64,000 nt of DNA from Paraspadella gotoi. Lineage: Eukaryota; Animalia; Chaetognatha. Under the pieces are notes generated by a model that was not told the origin of the DNA, did no database searches, and was given only the letters and a program-made list of their open reading frames with translations. This document shows, piece by piece, positions 53,186 through 64,000 of this stretch. A program made the translations under genes and the position numbers. Each line of letters begins with the position of its first letter. Position 1 is the stretch's first letter. The DNA lies in the NCBI GenBank assembly GCA_051294375.1, contig CM119265.1, positions 24,484,279 through 24,548,278 on the forward strand, given 5' to 3'.

Positions 53186-54295
53186 CCTCTCTCTCACAAT
53201 CTTTCTCTCTCCTCGCCTGGAATCCACTTTTCAATTAATTCTTATTTTTCATCTTTTCTTCTTTCTTTAAACTCAACAAGTTACTTTTAAAAATTTTTTT
53301 ATGATTTTTCTCCTTACTTTTTTTTCCATTGTTTTTTCTTCTTCCTATTTATTCTACAGCGTCTATTAGTTTTTCTCTCAACTTGAAATCCGATTATTAA
53401 AAAAACAAGAACGGTGATTTCGAATGTTTTTGCGCCCAATGACTTTATCATTTAGTATTATTACGGTTATTTCCATTTGATCGCATATATGATATCACAT
53501 GCCATGAATAAAACTATTTTTAGCCCTTGTATTTATGAATGCACTGCCATCGAAATCTTCTTATTCCTTATAGTTTTAATTCGGCAGCAGTCTCCTTAGA
53601 TTTGAGATTTTTTCTGTCTTAACAAATGAGCAACCAGCTTATAGGCGAATTCTATCATTTTTAATGCAAGTGGACAGAACGACGCACAGACATTACCGAC
53701 TGACAGACCGACAGACCGACCGAAAGAGGATTATAGTAGTTTTCGCAACTAAAAAATCGGTTATTTCCATTTTTTTTCACTTTATTTTTTTCCCTCCATT
53801 CTTTCTTTTCTTTCCTCTTTTCCTCCTTTTTTCCCTTTTTTTCTTTTTTTTCTTTTTTTTCTTTTCTCAGTCGCCTCTGGTCTCCTCACGCAATAGATCC
53901 GCTTTAATCTTTGAAATCTTACTCCAAGGCGAAGTCTGAAGGGCGTTACAACCTATCCTAGGATACAATCGTTTTAGAGATTACTGTCGAACGACTATGT
54001 TGTCCGTTGTCTGTCTGTTGTCAATCTGTCGACCCTTCGTCTGTCTGTCGTGCTTCCTGTTTGGTCTGGGGATATCTCGTGTTTTCCTAACTTTTGTGTC
54101 TGCGTTATAATTATGTGTATACTATGTCATTTAATAAAAATCTCCAATTTTTAATATCATTCGTTTTTCCCGCGCAACTAAATATTTTTCGAACTCTGAT
54201 ATCGCCTCCCAAGTTACATACCCATCCGCATAAGTAAATCCCACTACATCCCTTCCGATGCTTCGCTCGGCGTCGAACCATGATACTGGGAGACG

Positions 54296-54353
<58 letters not shown>

Positions 54354-57300
54354 GAGAGATAGAGAGAGAGAAAGAGATGAGAGAGAGTAAAGGGTTCCAA
54401 ACCCGCCGTCGGAAAATGAACACGTCCGGGTCATAAATCCAGGACGAAAAGTCTCAATATTTCAGGTTTTTTTTTTTTGTCTCCGAAATCGAAGACGATT
54501 TGATAGTGATTGTCCTGATTGTTATGCCATCATCAGTCGGTAAAGAATCGAGAGATTACCAAAAATATTGCAACGCATAATTTCTTTGTTTACAACACGA
54601 ATAGATTAATTGATAGTTTGTTAAAGCTGCATATTTTTATTGTTATACAATAACTGAGATTGATCGTGATTTATTTTTGAAATAAAAATGAAAAATTGGT
54701 AAAAAAATTTCAATGATATTTGCTGATTTTTCTGCTATCGAACGACCTAACATCTTTTTTTGATTGTTGTTTTAAAACTAATTTCACGCATAAAAATAAA
54801 CAAATATCAATAAAAAACAACAAAAAAAAAACAAACAAAAAGAAAACAATAAATTTCCTCCCTGTTCTTTGGTTTTCAGACGATGACGGAAACATCGGGT
54901 TCTGCGGTTGGATCCTCACCATCGTCTCTTACAATCATGGTTCTCGCTACTTTCCCGCTTTCGCTTTGCTTCTGCATCAGGTTAAGGGACGGGTGAGGCG
55001 CCTGAGAAATCGAAGCGTAAAGTGAGGCGTTTGTCTGGCTAAGTGGAACCATCGCGATAGGCGGACGAGGAAGGAGCAGGGCGTTAAAGTGGAGGCCTTT
55101 TCAAAATATTGTCGAGTATCTTATTTTATTTATCTTTTCAGGTTGTGGGCAAGAGTATGAACGCGCGGTGATCTTTCGCCTTGGTCGCCTATGAGTGGCG
55201 GCGCAAAAGGTAAAGTCAGAATCGAATATTATAATATCGAAATATATTAAATTATTATACGCGCTAAAAATTAATTTATGAAAGCTTTTATGTCTGCATT
55301 TTTATAGCGGAAAGCCATTTCGCTCGCTTTGATATATTTTCGGTTTTTTATTTTTTCTTTATTTCCAAACACGCGCACTTTTAAAATCTACATTAATCTT
55401 TAAGCTTTTTTATTTACTTAAGAAATGAGATTGATGAATTTCGTTTTCTTCTTCTTCTTCCTCGTCCTCTTCCTCATCCTCCTCCCTCCCCCTCACAGGA
55501 CCTGCGGATCTTCTTCATCCTGCCCTGTCTGGACAATTACATGAGTGACCTGAGGACCTCACTTTCGACGTTCCTCCGCAGGAGGTTAAAAACAGAAGTA
55601 GCCTTTAATTACTTTTCTCAAAGGTCTTATTAATTCATTAATTATTATTATTATTATATTTATTTTATTTATTATTATTATTATATTTATTATTTAAAAT
55701 AAATCAAATTGACTACTCTGCGCTTTTATCATCAAAAACAAAATTTTTATAGGTTAACCTGAAACGTTTGATGGATGTTCAATTCGCTTTTGAATTGAGA
55801 AAGTATGGATATCCTAGTCTCTGCAATGTGCTATTCTCGAACATATTTATTGCTTCCCTAAGTTCAAAGAGCTTGAGCCTTAGCTTTGAAGCTCAATCGC
55901 CTTTATAGACATTTTAGTGAAATTATGTTGTTAATGCACCTTTTACTTTTTTTTGTTAATTGTTTTTTTGTTATTTGATTGATTTGATTGGATTGATTGA
56001 TTGATTGATTGATTGATCTGATCTGAATATTTTGTTGCTCAAAGATTGTATATTATTGCATCAATAAGCCAAATAAAACCACCCTTCTTTCCACCACCAC
56101 CCCGGGTCCACCCTCAACCCCACCCCGCTGAAAATCTCCAGATCCTCTCCAAAGACTTCGGTCACCGTCGCGTCGACGCAGTCGTTCTACTACAGAATCT
56201 CCAACGCGACGATGAGCGTCACCAAACGTGGAGGACGCCGCCTCGATCCACGCGCCTCCTCGCCGCCACCACGCTCAGGTGGGAGGAGGGGGGTGGAAGG
56301 GTTTTGGGGGGGGGACTTGAAGGGTAAGGGGGAGGCGAATGCGGGGGGGATGGAAAGGCGATCGGTGGGGAGGGCGATAAATGCGGGAAGGCGATCGGCG
56401 CCTGAATCAAAGCCTCATGATGCCAAAGGATCACGTCGAGATGTTCATACTGACAGCAACATCGGCTGTATGCTGATGAAACTTCAAGCTAATTCGTTGC
56501 TTCGATCTTTGAATTCCTTTTGGAATCGCTTTATCTCCTCTTTTGATATGAATCTTTTAAAAAAGTTATTTATATTCCAGAAAATAATCTTTCTTTAAAA
56601 GGTTTTATAACCAGAATTAATTCCGACTGAAAAAAAAAATCGTTCCCATTCAAAGCACCGTAATCCCGGCACGTTTCGCTAAAGCGTAATTTTTCAACGT
56701 TTCTGTTTATGTTTTTCATCTTTGGATGAAAAGAAGAAAATACCCCAAAAAAAAGTCAACTTCAAAGGGCAAAATTACTAAATCACAAAACCCATAGGTG
56801 CGTTTTATTTTTAGAATTTTTAAAATGTTTATTTATATTATTTCCTTTCTGTTTCGTTGTATTTAATTATTTAGAGAAAACAAAGTTTGTTTGTTGTAAA
56901 CAACGATTTTTATTCAACAATTGGGACATGTTCGGCTTCTTGCCTTTAAGCCTTCATCAGCGTTTTTTGTTTCATTAAAAGTTTTCTCTCTAACATTTGA
57001 GTTTGAGGGAGAGAGAGAGAGAGAGAAGAGAGAGCGAAAGAGAGAAAATAAAACTTCCAACACAGAGTGGAAAAGGACAGTGGTTCAGAGATTGAGGAAC
57101 AGGTGAATGAACAAACGTTGATGAAGGCTTAAAGGCAAGAGGCCGAAACATGTCCATTTGTGAATAAAATCGTTGTTTACAAACAAACTTTGTTTTCTCT
57201 AAATGTTTATTTATAAAGTTTTTTAAAACAATTACCAAAGCTTTTTTCATTGAAAAGCTTCGGTTTGTTTTGTTTTTTTTTTTTTTTTTCGTATAAATAC

Positions 57301-58181
57301 GCTGGAGACGGTCGTCAGATGATTAAGTTTATTCACGACATTCATAAAGTAAACACGGATGAAACACATGTTAGGCAAGAAATAAAGATGAAAGCCAACT
57401 TGAATGTAATGTAAATAAATTCTTCACCCTCAAGCTGCCAATCGAAAATCTGAAATAGTAGTCGGCGTTAATTTAGTGAAACTGGTGAAAAGATGTACGA
57501 AAATTTATCCAATGACAATTCACTGATCAGCAGAAAGAAAGATGTTATTTTTAGGCTCAGACACTAAAATCTCCAACGACGAGGCCAGAACTTGGAAATT
57601 TACGAATTAAGAGATTGCAATTAAACGCGGTCAATGTATTCCATGTTGGTCTTGACACTGTTAAGTACGGTTTCGAACTATTTGTTTCAATGAATAATAC
57701 ATATCTATAGCCGTAGTAAGGCCGGAATTTAAATATCAGTCTTTGCCTTTCATCCCATAGAGTTTCAATGAGTACGACAACGACCGGATTTTTTTTGCCC
57801 ATCGACAAAACTTCTTTTGAACCCTGCGAAAAACCGNNNNNNNNNNNNNNNNNNNNNNNNNAGATGGACCGACCGACCACTCTACCTATATTAGTGGAAT
57901 AAATCTGTGTGGCGATTGAGGTCGGTGACTCGATCTTCTGCCGACTTCTCTTCCGGTCGTCGGCGCCGACGAAATCCGCATCTGTGTGATTCGCGTAGAT
58001 CGCACCTTGAGGTCGCGTGCGAGATCGCGTGCGCATCGTCGCGTGCGAAGGGAGAAAAAAATAATTTAATGATTTTTTAAACTTATTAATTTTCGTTATA
58101 TATTTGGTTCGTTTTTAAACTTTCGTGCGGAAGACAGGACTTTCGGTTTTGCTTACGGTTGTTCACTGTCGCGTTCTCCAT
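41788..58181 (-). CDS. mec-2: Stomatin/MEC-2-like SPFH (band-7) protein, spliced gene (271 aa, or 311 aa with cassette exon)
   Basis: Exons in transcript order: 58157-58181 (candidate), 57886-58005 (candidate cassette), 46255-46355, 46029-46095, 45653-45741, 45012-45145, 44620-44689, 44123-44257, 42952-43053, 41788-41880. All introns are GT-AG with matching phases. The protein includes [62 protein letters not shown]...[28 protein letters not shown]...[31 protein letters not shown]...[30 protein letters not shown], the stomatin signature and close to nematode MEC-2 as I recall it. Orthology was not tested. Confidence 0.93.
42413..42709 (-). mobile_element. Solo-LTR-like element (TG...CA, short terminal inverted repeats) with internal tRNA-like A/B boxes
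   Basis: Termini TGTAATGTCGGGC / GCCCGACTACA; minus-strand A-box TGGCTCATTGAG and B-box GGTTCAATCCC; GC-rich island in an AT-rich intron; flanks tca/tcca form an imperfect TSD. Confidence 0.62.
42952..43053 (-). CDS. mec-2: Stomatin exon [34 protein letters not shown]
   Basis: ttctcag acceptor, CAG|gtaaaa donor. Confidence 0.97.
43279..43858. mobile_element. AT-rich fold-back element/MITE (imperfect ~580-bp palindrome) in a stomatin intron
   Basis: Paired blocks taaggcgtagt/actacgcctta, cgcagtaggc/gcctactgcg, gcagatttg...aaagttgataaaaagaaat/atttcttttatcaacttt...caaatctgc and ttcattaagtggg/cccacttaatgaa around a centre near 43550. Confidence 0.75.
44123..44257 (-). CDS. mec-2: Stomatin exon [45 protein letters not shown]
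   Basis: tcgcag acceptor, AAG|gtgagt donor. Confidence 0.97.
44620..44689 (-). CDS. mec-2: Stomatin exon [23 protein letters not shown]
   Basis: ttttcag acceptor, CAG|gtagga donor. Confidence 0.95.
45012..45145 (-). CDS. mec-2: Stomatin exon [45 protein letters not shown]
   Basis: ctccag acceptor, AG|gtggga donor. Confidence 0.96.
45653..45741 (-). CDS. mec-2: Stomatin exon [30 protein letters not shown]
   Basis: ctcacag acceptor, GAG|gtaaaa donor, phase consistent. Confidence 0.96.
46029..46095 (-). CDS. mec-2: Stomatin exon [22 protein letters not shown]
   Basis: tttcag acceptor, G|gtaagt donor; canonical band-7 motif. Confidence 0.96.
46255..46355 (-). CDS. mec-2: Stomatin exon (membrane hairpin) [33 protein letters not shown]
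   Basis: ttttccag acceptor, AAG|gtaagg donor; hydrophobic hairpin with conserved Pro and Cys. Confidence 0.95.
47531..47703 (+). mobile_element. Second copy of the DINE-1/HINE-like element
   Basis: ttagttgc...caactctataagtc...tcggtcggtc...gtcccactt...ctcatttgttaagacag...ggaatcctaaaact is shared with 49612-49790 in opposite orientation. Confidence 0.6.
48290..48620. repeat. Degenerate purine-rich tandem repeat (AAAAGTGAGGAAAAAAGGAAAGAT-like)
   Basis: Recurring aaaagtgaggaaaa units; mirrored at about 52655-52985. Confidence 0.8.
48961..49590 (-). mobile_element. TRIM (non-autonomous miniature LTR retrotransposon) with a tRNA-like Pol III module in each LTR
   Basis: Direct repeats 48961-49179 and 49361-49590; termini TGTATGG...TCTTCA on the minus strand. 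PBS TGGTGAGCCGAC lies 1 nt after the 5' LTR (49348-49359). PPT GGGGAGGGGGGGA abuts the 3' LTR (49180-49192). TSD ATTT at 48957-48960 and 49591-49594. Confidence 0.85.
49071..49144 (-). ncRNA. tRNA-like sequence inside the TRIM LTR (second copy at about 49490-49557); not a functional tRNA gene
   Basis: Acceptor-like stem GCGGCCA/TGGTCGT, T-arm CCGGG-GTTCTAG-CCCGG (B-box GGTTCTAGCCC), A-box-like TGGTGCCGGAGG; anticodon arm poorly paired. Confidence 0.65.
49612..49790 (-). mobile_element. DINE-1/HINE-like (Helentron-associated) short interspersed element
   Basis: T-run, then the 30-bp palindrome AGTTGCGCCGCGAGTACTCGCGGAGCAACT, then CTATAAGTCACTTTT(CGGT)n and a conserved body; related copies at 47531-47703, 38595-38672 and 18250-18320. 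Confidence 0.6.
50919..56532 (-). repeat. Inverted duplicate of 44755-50508 (~5.7 kb)
   Basis: Colinear reverse complement including exons, introns, TRIM and microsatellites; indel-rich. Confidence 0.93.
54880..56278 (+). pseudogene. Frameshifted inverted copy of four stomatin exons (probable assembly artefact)
   Basis: Copies at about 54880-54980, 55142-55209, 55498-55584 and 56142-56278 with flanking introns; each exon carries small indels. Confidence 0.6.
56869..57204. mobile_element. MITE-like element with ~95-bp terminal inverted repeats
   Basis: atttagagaaaacaaagtttg...tgcctttaagccttcatca pairs with tgatgaaggcttaaaggca...caaactttgttttctctaaat. Confidence 0.7.
57557..57836 (-). mobile_element. 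Degenerate LINE ORF2 AP-endonuclease fragment
   Basis: [12 protein letters not shown] and [17 protein letters not shown] resemble the PDIxxLQETW and LxxLPxPxLxxGDFN motifs of non-LTR APE domains; truncated by a stop. Confidence 0.55.
57886..58005 (-). CDS. Candidate phase 1-1 exon of the stomatin N-terminus, [39 protein letters not shown]
   Basis: First AG after a pyrimidine tract (ctcaag), G|gtagag donor, 120 nt, open frame. An in-frame ATG at 58036 means it could also be an alternative first exon. Confidence 0.5.
   Translation of the reverse strand: MRSTRITQMRISSAPTTGREVGRRSSHRPQSPHRFIPLI
58157..58181 (-). CDS. Candidate first coding exon of the stomatin gene, MENATVNN
   Basis: gtcATGG start context; C|gtaagc phase-1 donor matches the phase-1 acceptors at 58005 and 46355; GC-rich region just upstream (58380-58490). 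Confidence 0.55.
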
Positions 58182-58970
58182 GACTAAATCGTGAATAGTT
58201 TTTTTTTGTTTTTTTTTTTTTGTTTTAGTTCTTTTGGTTTTTATTTGTTTTGTTTTTGGTTTTTTTTGTTTTTTAAGTCGTCGTCGTCGTGGTCCGGAGA
58301 GATGATGTCGAATTCATTGTGAAAGTATTTCCCAAAAAAAGCTGAAGCCGCAATTTCGTTTAATCACTCGCCGATGGAATGATATCCAAGCCGTCGACTA
58401 TGGGGCGGCGCCGCGGCGGCTGCGGGCGGCGGCGGGCGGCGGCGGGCGGCGGCGGGGGAAGCGGATTCCGGCGTGACAAAGCGCGGAAGAATAGAGATGG
58501 AAAGTATTGTATAGGGCGAGCTGGAATCGGCTCAATAAAAATGGTCGTCTTAACTTGAGTAAGGAAAATAATTAAACTTAATATTAGTGTGTTTTAAAAT
58601 ATAGTGATTAAAAAAATACCTAAGGTCCTAGGAAAAAAGTTTAAGTTCTCAATCTTGTAAAAAATAGACGTCCTAAATAAATTTAAAAAGACAGGAATGC
58701 ATTGTGCGAGAAAAAACCTACAATTTTTGGACGAGCCGATTATATAATTTTGATGCGAATTAATAATATATTTTATCTTTTTAAAGATGTAAGAGGCGAA
58801 AAGTCTTCTCATGTGCAAATTTAATATCTTGAGTATGATCGAGAAGAAAAGCTGGAGAACGAACGTGCGAAGGAGAGAGAGAGAGAAAAGAGAGAGATTA
58901 ATATACTTGAGAGTATGATCGAGAAGAAAGCGGAGAAACGAAACAGTGCAGAAGGAGAGGAGAGAGAAAG

Positions 58971-59002
<32 letters not shown>

Positions 59003-59021
59003 TGAGAGAGGAGAGAAGAAG

Positions 59022-59053
<32 letters not shown>

Positions 59054-59078
59054 NNNNNNNNNNNNNNNNNNNNNNNNN

Positions 59079-59110
<32 letters not shown>

Positions 59111-59460
59111 TTTTTCTTGCATCATTACATCCATCTCAAAAACTTTTTCAAATGCATTGATGAAGACAAATCGAATTAATTCTGACAATAAATGTAAACG
59201 ATTAAGACTTGGGCAACCGAAAGAAAAAACCAAACGAGGCGAAAGAAGCAGAACGCTTGGTTGTTTTTTTCTTTTCACTTAGTCCAAAAAAAATATAGTT
59301 TAGTGAAGAGGAAAGAAACAGCATATGAGTTGGGAACGGAAGGACGAAGAGAGGACAAGAAATAAAAACGAACAAAATGACATCGCAACGAAAATGAGCG
59401 CGCGAGCCGAACACGAAGGCGGACGAAGCGAAGGAAGATCACTCACGTCATGCGGGCGCG

Positions 59461-59498
<38 letters not shown>

Positions 59499-59535
59499 AG
59501 CAGAGAGAGAGAGAGAAGAGAGAGGAGATGAAGAG

Positions 59536-59576
<41 letters not shown>

Positions 59577-60539
59577 GTATCACGAACTGTCAAACCGAGA
59601 GCATTGAGATTAACGAGTCTCCATCGAACTGTGACCATTTATCTTTTTGGCAAAGTTACGTCTGTGTCGTCGACTCGCGATAACCGTGAACAAGAAAAAA
59701 AGTGAACGGGATTTGGTTCGTCGTTTATCACACGCGGAGGAATAACTGTGATGTGACGGAATCCGTGAGAAAAAAGTAATTAAATCAATGGAAAGATATT
59801 AAATTTAATGGAAAGAAAATGAAACGCAATCGGTAAGAAGTAATGGAGTTTAATAATTGATTTCAGAAGAATGAAATGAAATGAAAGACATTAATTAATC
59901 TCATATGACCAAATAAGCAAGCTTATTCCTTATCAAGGAGCGGGACGACTCATAAAAATGGGAATAGAAAATGGATTAAGTGAAGTGTAAACCCTAGAAA
60001 TATAAATAGAAAATAGAAACTAGAAAATAGAAAATAGAAAATAAAAAATAAAAAATAAAAAATAAAAAATAAAAAATAAAAAATAAAAAATAAAAAATAA
60101 ACTAAGAGAAGAGTGAATGAGACAAAATGGCGGGAAAAGACAAACGCGCAATGGGAATAACGACGTCTTCTTAAAACCGGAAGTGACCCAAAAACTGAGA
60201 TTTTGACGAAGACGAATCCAATGGTTTCCAATGAAGCGTCGCTTCGTCCGAAGAAGAAGTTGGAAGGAGAAGAAAAAAAAAAAAACAAAAAGAAAGAAAA
60301 AGAAAAAAAAAACAAAGCGCAGCATGAAAACCAAGAGGAGGCCCATGGGCCGAAACGGAATCGTGGCATAGGAATCGACTGGCAGCCATGGGGCAAAAAA
60401 AAAAAAAAGAAAATGGTATCATTAAAAAAAAACCCAACTGTTGGTGTGCACCATGAGAATCGGGACGATGGCAGAACAGAAAATGATTTGCTGACCGCCA
60501 GATTAGTATCGCTAGCCATCTATGTATCCCAACGCCCAA

Positions 60540-60750
60540 AAAATGTCCTAAAATAACTAAAGCTTATGAAAATAATTAACAATATTAGCGTTGAAAGATA
60601 TAGATTAGAACGAGAGACAATTCTCTGACTTGCGTAAACTCGAGAGGCGCCGTAAAGCCAAGCAACGCTCTGGCAATGTGGCATCAAGACCATCTGGCAA
60701 CCAAGGGAGTTTGGAACAAATCCAAGTGCCATTTTTGAGCTGAAAAGGTC
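60540..60750 (+). mobile_element. Possible degenerate LINE ORF2 relic (region after the RT domain)
   Basis: KLMKIINNISVERYRLERETIL and CGIKTIWQPREFGTNPSAIFEL loosely match LxxLSxxxWGxDRxTLL and GIRLxTGAFRTSP; stops present. Confidence 0.3.
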
Positions 60751-61236
60751 AAAATTTTACGATCAACCGAAGATCATATTCATATTCATATTCATATTCA
60801 TAGTATTAAAGGCAAATGGAGAAATGGGTCGAAGCTGAAAGAAAGAAAAAAGGAAATTCCGAAACTATTTTTTATTATTTTCTGCTTCTAATGCTAATAA
60901 CTTTACCCCTTAATTTATTACAATTTAGTAAGAAACGGCGACCAAAGACCAAACAAGACCGGTACATTTTTCACTTCAGCAGTTTTTTGATAGGCCAGCA
61001 ACAAGAGAAATCTAGATTCTAATTTTGCTCTCCTTTTTTTTCTTAGGTTACAAGACTTATAGTCTGACCAGAAGCTAAGTTGTACGCTTTTTTTTGTCCC
61101 GATTTTACTTTTTAGCATCATGGAACAACAATAACAATAACAGCAACAATAACAAAAACAACAACACAGAAAGATTTGTGCGAGAAAACAGTTGGGCCGT
61201 TTATTTCAATCGATTTGAAAGCATTTTCTACTCCGG

Positions 61237-61272
<36 letters not shown>

Positions 61273-61996
61273 TTCCTCTAACCAGCAAAGGGCAGATAAA
61301 AATATCCGGCGAATGTTTTCTCAAAATAGTCTCCAGAGCAAACATTAAAGCATTAAGCGTTTTCGCCCGCGCGCTCGCAAACGTTCTACGTGAGTCCTGG
61401 TTAAACAAATATTTATAAAAGAAGATTTATAAAATATTATTAAATAGTGAACGCCTTTTTTAGAGGTAATTTGGCCATAACGAGTCTTGCCAAATTATTT
61501 GGTCAATCTTTTTTTTAAGTCCACACAATGTTTTATTTTTTTGTCGTTTCATTTTTTTCGTAAATAGCGAGAAAATCATTTTATTTTTCACATTGTAGTT
61601 TGTTTTAATACTTAGTCTAATTTTAAGAAGTAAAGTCCTACTCGTCATCGGTGCAGAGGTTTTAACTTGATTCGAAATGGCGAATTCATCCTACAATCAT
61701 TTACATTAAAAGGTCAACGACTTTACGGTAACTCATTTACTTGCGAGTTTTAACTAATTCTCGTTTTTCGTGCGGATCTTTCCTTTTCAATTTTTTTCTT
61801 TTCTTTTCCTCTTTGTTTTTCTTTTTTTCCTCCAATTTCTTCCTCCACAGTTCTTTGGCCAAATTTGCATATTTTCCATTTTTTTCGTTTTTCTTTCAAA
61901 ATTCTTTTTTCTTTAGTCCCCGGGTTATGGGGTTTTTCCCCGATTCTCCGATGGCTTTTCTCAAGACGTGAACGTGCTTATGTTTGCCTCTACCTC

Positions 61997-62032
<36 letters not shown>

Positions 62033-62873
62033 NNNNNNNNNNNNNNNNNNNNNNNNNNNNNNNNNNNNNNNNNNNNNNNNNNNNNNNNNNNNNNNNNNNN
62101 NNNNNNNNNNNNNNNNNNNNNNNNNNNNNNNNNNNNNNNNNNNNNNNNNNNNNNNNNNNNNNNNNNNNNNNNNNNNNNNNNNNNNNNNNNNNNNNNNNNN
62201 NNNNNNNNNNNNNNNNNNNNNNNNNNNNNNNNNNNNNNNNNNNNNNNTCGTAGCGAATTTATTGGACCTCTGCCAAACGTAATTCCATAGTTTAACTCGT
62301 TCAAGCTTCATTTTAAGTTACGACTAACCCGTTTTTAAGATCACATACTCTTGGAAATGGTCCAGATCTCATCCGACAGCAATATAAGGGAATGGAAAAC
62401 GTCTTTTAGTTACTCTTTGTCGACAAGAACCTATCTCCATATTCAAGAGACAAAGATTTACCGACCACTTTGGGACTGGGCAATTTCCATCCAAATAGTA
62501 TTGTCTAGGTCATAANNNNNNNNNNNNNNNNNNNNNNNNNNNNNNNNNNNNNNNNNNNNNNNNNNNNNNNNNNNNNNNNNNNNNNNNNNNNNNNNNNNNN
62601 NNNNNNNNNNNNNNNNNNNNNNNNNNNNNNNNNNNNNNNNNNNNNNNNNNNNNNNNNNNNNNNNNNNNNNGGGATAGAGAAGACGAAAAAGCGAAAAGAT
62701 AAGTGGAAAGTAGCAGAGAAGCAGAAATTGGTGGAAGAAGCAAGAAACTGGAAAACTGAAGCAAATTTTACCTTAACTATTGTAACCACTAACCACAATG
62801 GGCCGCCACTCTAGAGAAATTGTAAAATATTTACGGCTCGACTGTAGAAGCTTTCGCGGCAAAAAGGGATTTT

Positions 62874-63080
62874 AGTTCGGTTTAAAAACTGGGACGTTTT
62901 TGGCTTAAACTTTGGGCCGATTTTGGCTCATACTTTGGGCCAATTTTGGCTCAAATTTTGAACCAATTTTGGTTCAAAAATTGGGCGGATTTTGGTTTAA
63001 AAATATTGCCGATTTTGTCTCAAACTTTGGGTCGATTTTGACTCAAAAATTGGTCTGGCTTTGGCTCAAAAATTGGGCTA
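62874..63080. repeat. 23-bp degenerate minisatellite (TTTTGGCTCAAAMTTTGGGCCGA), about 9 units
   Basis: Tandem units visible directly. Confidence 0.82.
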
Positions 63081-63621
63081 AACGGAAAGACGAAAACCTC
63101 AATACGAAGCAGAGAAGTAGCGAAGCGAAATTATGCTAAGTTTTCGGNNNNNNNNNNNNNNNNNNNNNNNNNNNNNNNNNNNNNNNNNNNNNNNNNNNNN
63201 NNNNNNNNNNNNNNNNNNNNNNNNNNNNNNNNNNNNNNNNNNNNNNNNNNNNNNNNNNNNNNNNNNNNNNNNNNNNNNNNNNNNNNNNNNNNNNNNNNNN
63301 NNNNNNNNNNNNNNNNNNNNNNNNNNNNNNNNNNNNNNNNNNNNNNNNNNNNNNNNNNNNNNNNNNNNNNNNNNNNNNNTCTTCCTTCAGACTCCATCCC
63401 AAAAATTTATGTCAAATTTTAACGTTTTAATCCTAAATTTTTGGAGATTTGATTTTTTTTTCCTTCTTGTTTTCTATTTTACCCAAAACGGGAAAAAAAA
63501 GTCGTGAGAAACTGGAAAGAGGAAACTCCTGTTTTTCTATTTGATCGAACGGCTTAAAACCGCTCTAGCTTTTTTTTTGGAAGTTTGAAAATCGCTATTT
63601 TTTTAGTGAATTCTCTCTCTC

Positions 63622-63665
<44 letters not shown>

Positions 63666-64000
63666 AATGATTAAATTTAATTGCGTGAGATCATGACGAT
63701 CCTTGCTGTTTTTAATTTTTTACTTATCAAATTTATTTATACGACATATTTTATTATCTAACCGTTAAGAAATGAAATGTATAATTTTACCCAAAAAAGG
63801 ATATATTTTATGTACGCAAGTCAAACAAATATCTTTTGAGGGCTGGGGAAATACTTTTTCACCCCACTTAGATTTTAAAGTGACCATTTTATGTGAAAAA
63901 ACATTAGAGTTTCCGTTTACACTCTTTCAACCTCGTTAAGATTTTTAATAAAAAGCAGTTCACTATTAAGCCAAAAAGTGATCTACATCAATATTTGCGA

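Noticed and set aside
54880-56278. Second functional stomatin paralogue in head-to-head orientation
   Set aside because: Every exon is frameshifted, the introns are near-identical to the left arm, and the copy ends mid-intron at an adapter-like sequence.
59441-59452. ATG AC|gtgagt as the stomatin start exon
   Set aside because: Phase 2 donor is incompatible with the phase 1 acceptors at 58005 and 46355.

Overview
Animal (invertebrate-like) nuclear DNA from a draft assembly. It is AT-rich with many (AG)n/(GAC)n microsatellites, N-gaps (five are exactly 25 N) and stretches of noisy long-read sequence. Almost all entries in the ORF track are microsatellite noise; the real genes are spliced and were rebuilt by hand from GT-AG sites and phase matching. 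Supported genes: (1) a MEC-2/stomatin (SPFH/band-7) gene on the minus strand, with 8 clean exons at 41788-46355 and candidate 5' exons at 57886-58181; (2) a 5-exon minus-strand gene (36288-38145) for a 184-aa protein with an N-terminal PPxY motif and a C-terminal membrane anchor; (3) a 10-exon plus-strand gene (29665-35817) for a ~900-aa type II membrane protein ending in a divergent C-type-lectin-like region; (4) weaker plus-strand Asp-rich and mucin/GPI-like exons at ~12.2-15.3 kb. The most interesting element is a 630-bp miniature LTR retrotransposon (TRIM, 48961-49590) with PBS, PPT and a 4-bp TSD, whose LTRs each carry a tRNA-like Pol III module. An apparently different tRNA-containing solo LTR lies at 42413-42709. 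Also present: DINE-1/Helentron-like short elements, fold-back MITEs, LINE relics, minisatellites and a tandem pair of RFX X-boxes. Three large duplications (1-3406 vs 5005-7795; 16130-18500 vs 20900-28300; a 5.7-kb inverted copy at 50919-56532) are most likely assembly or gap-filling artefacts.
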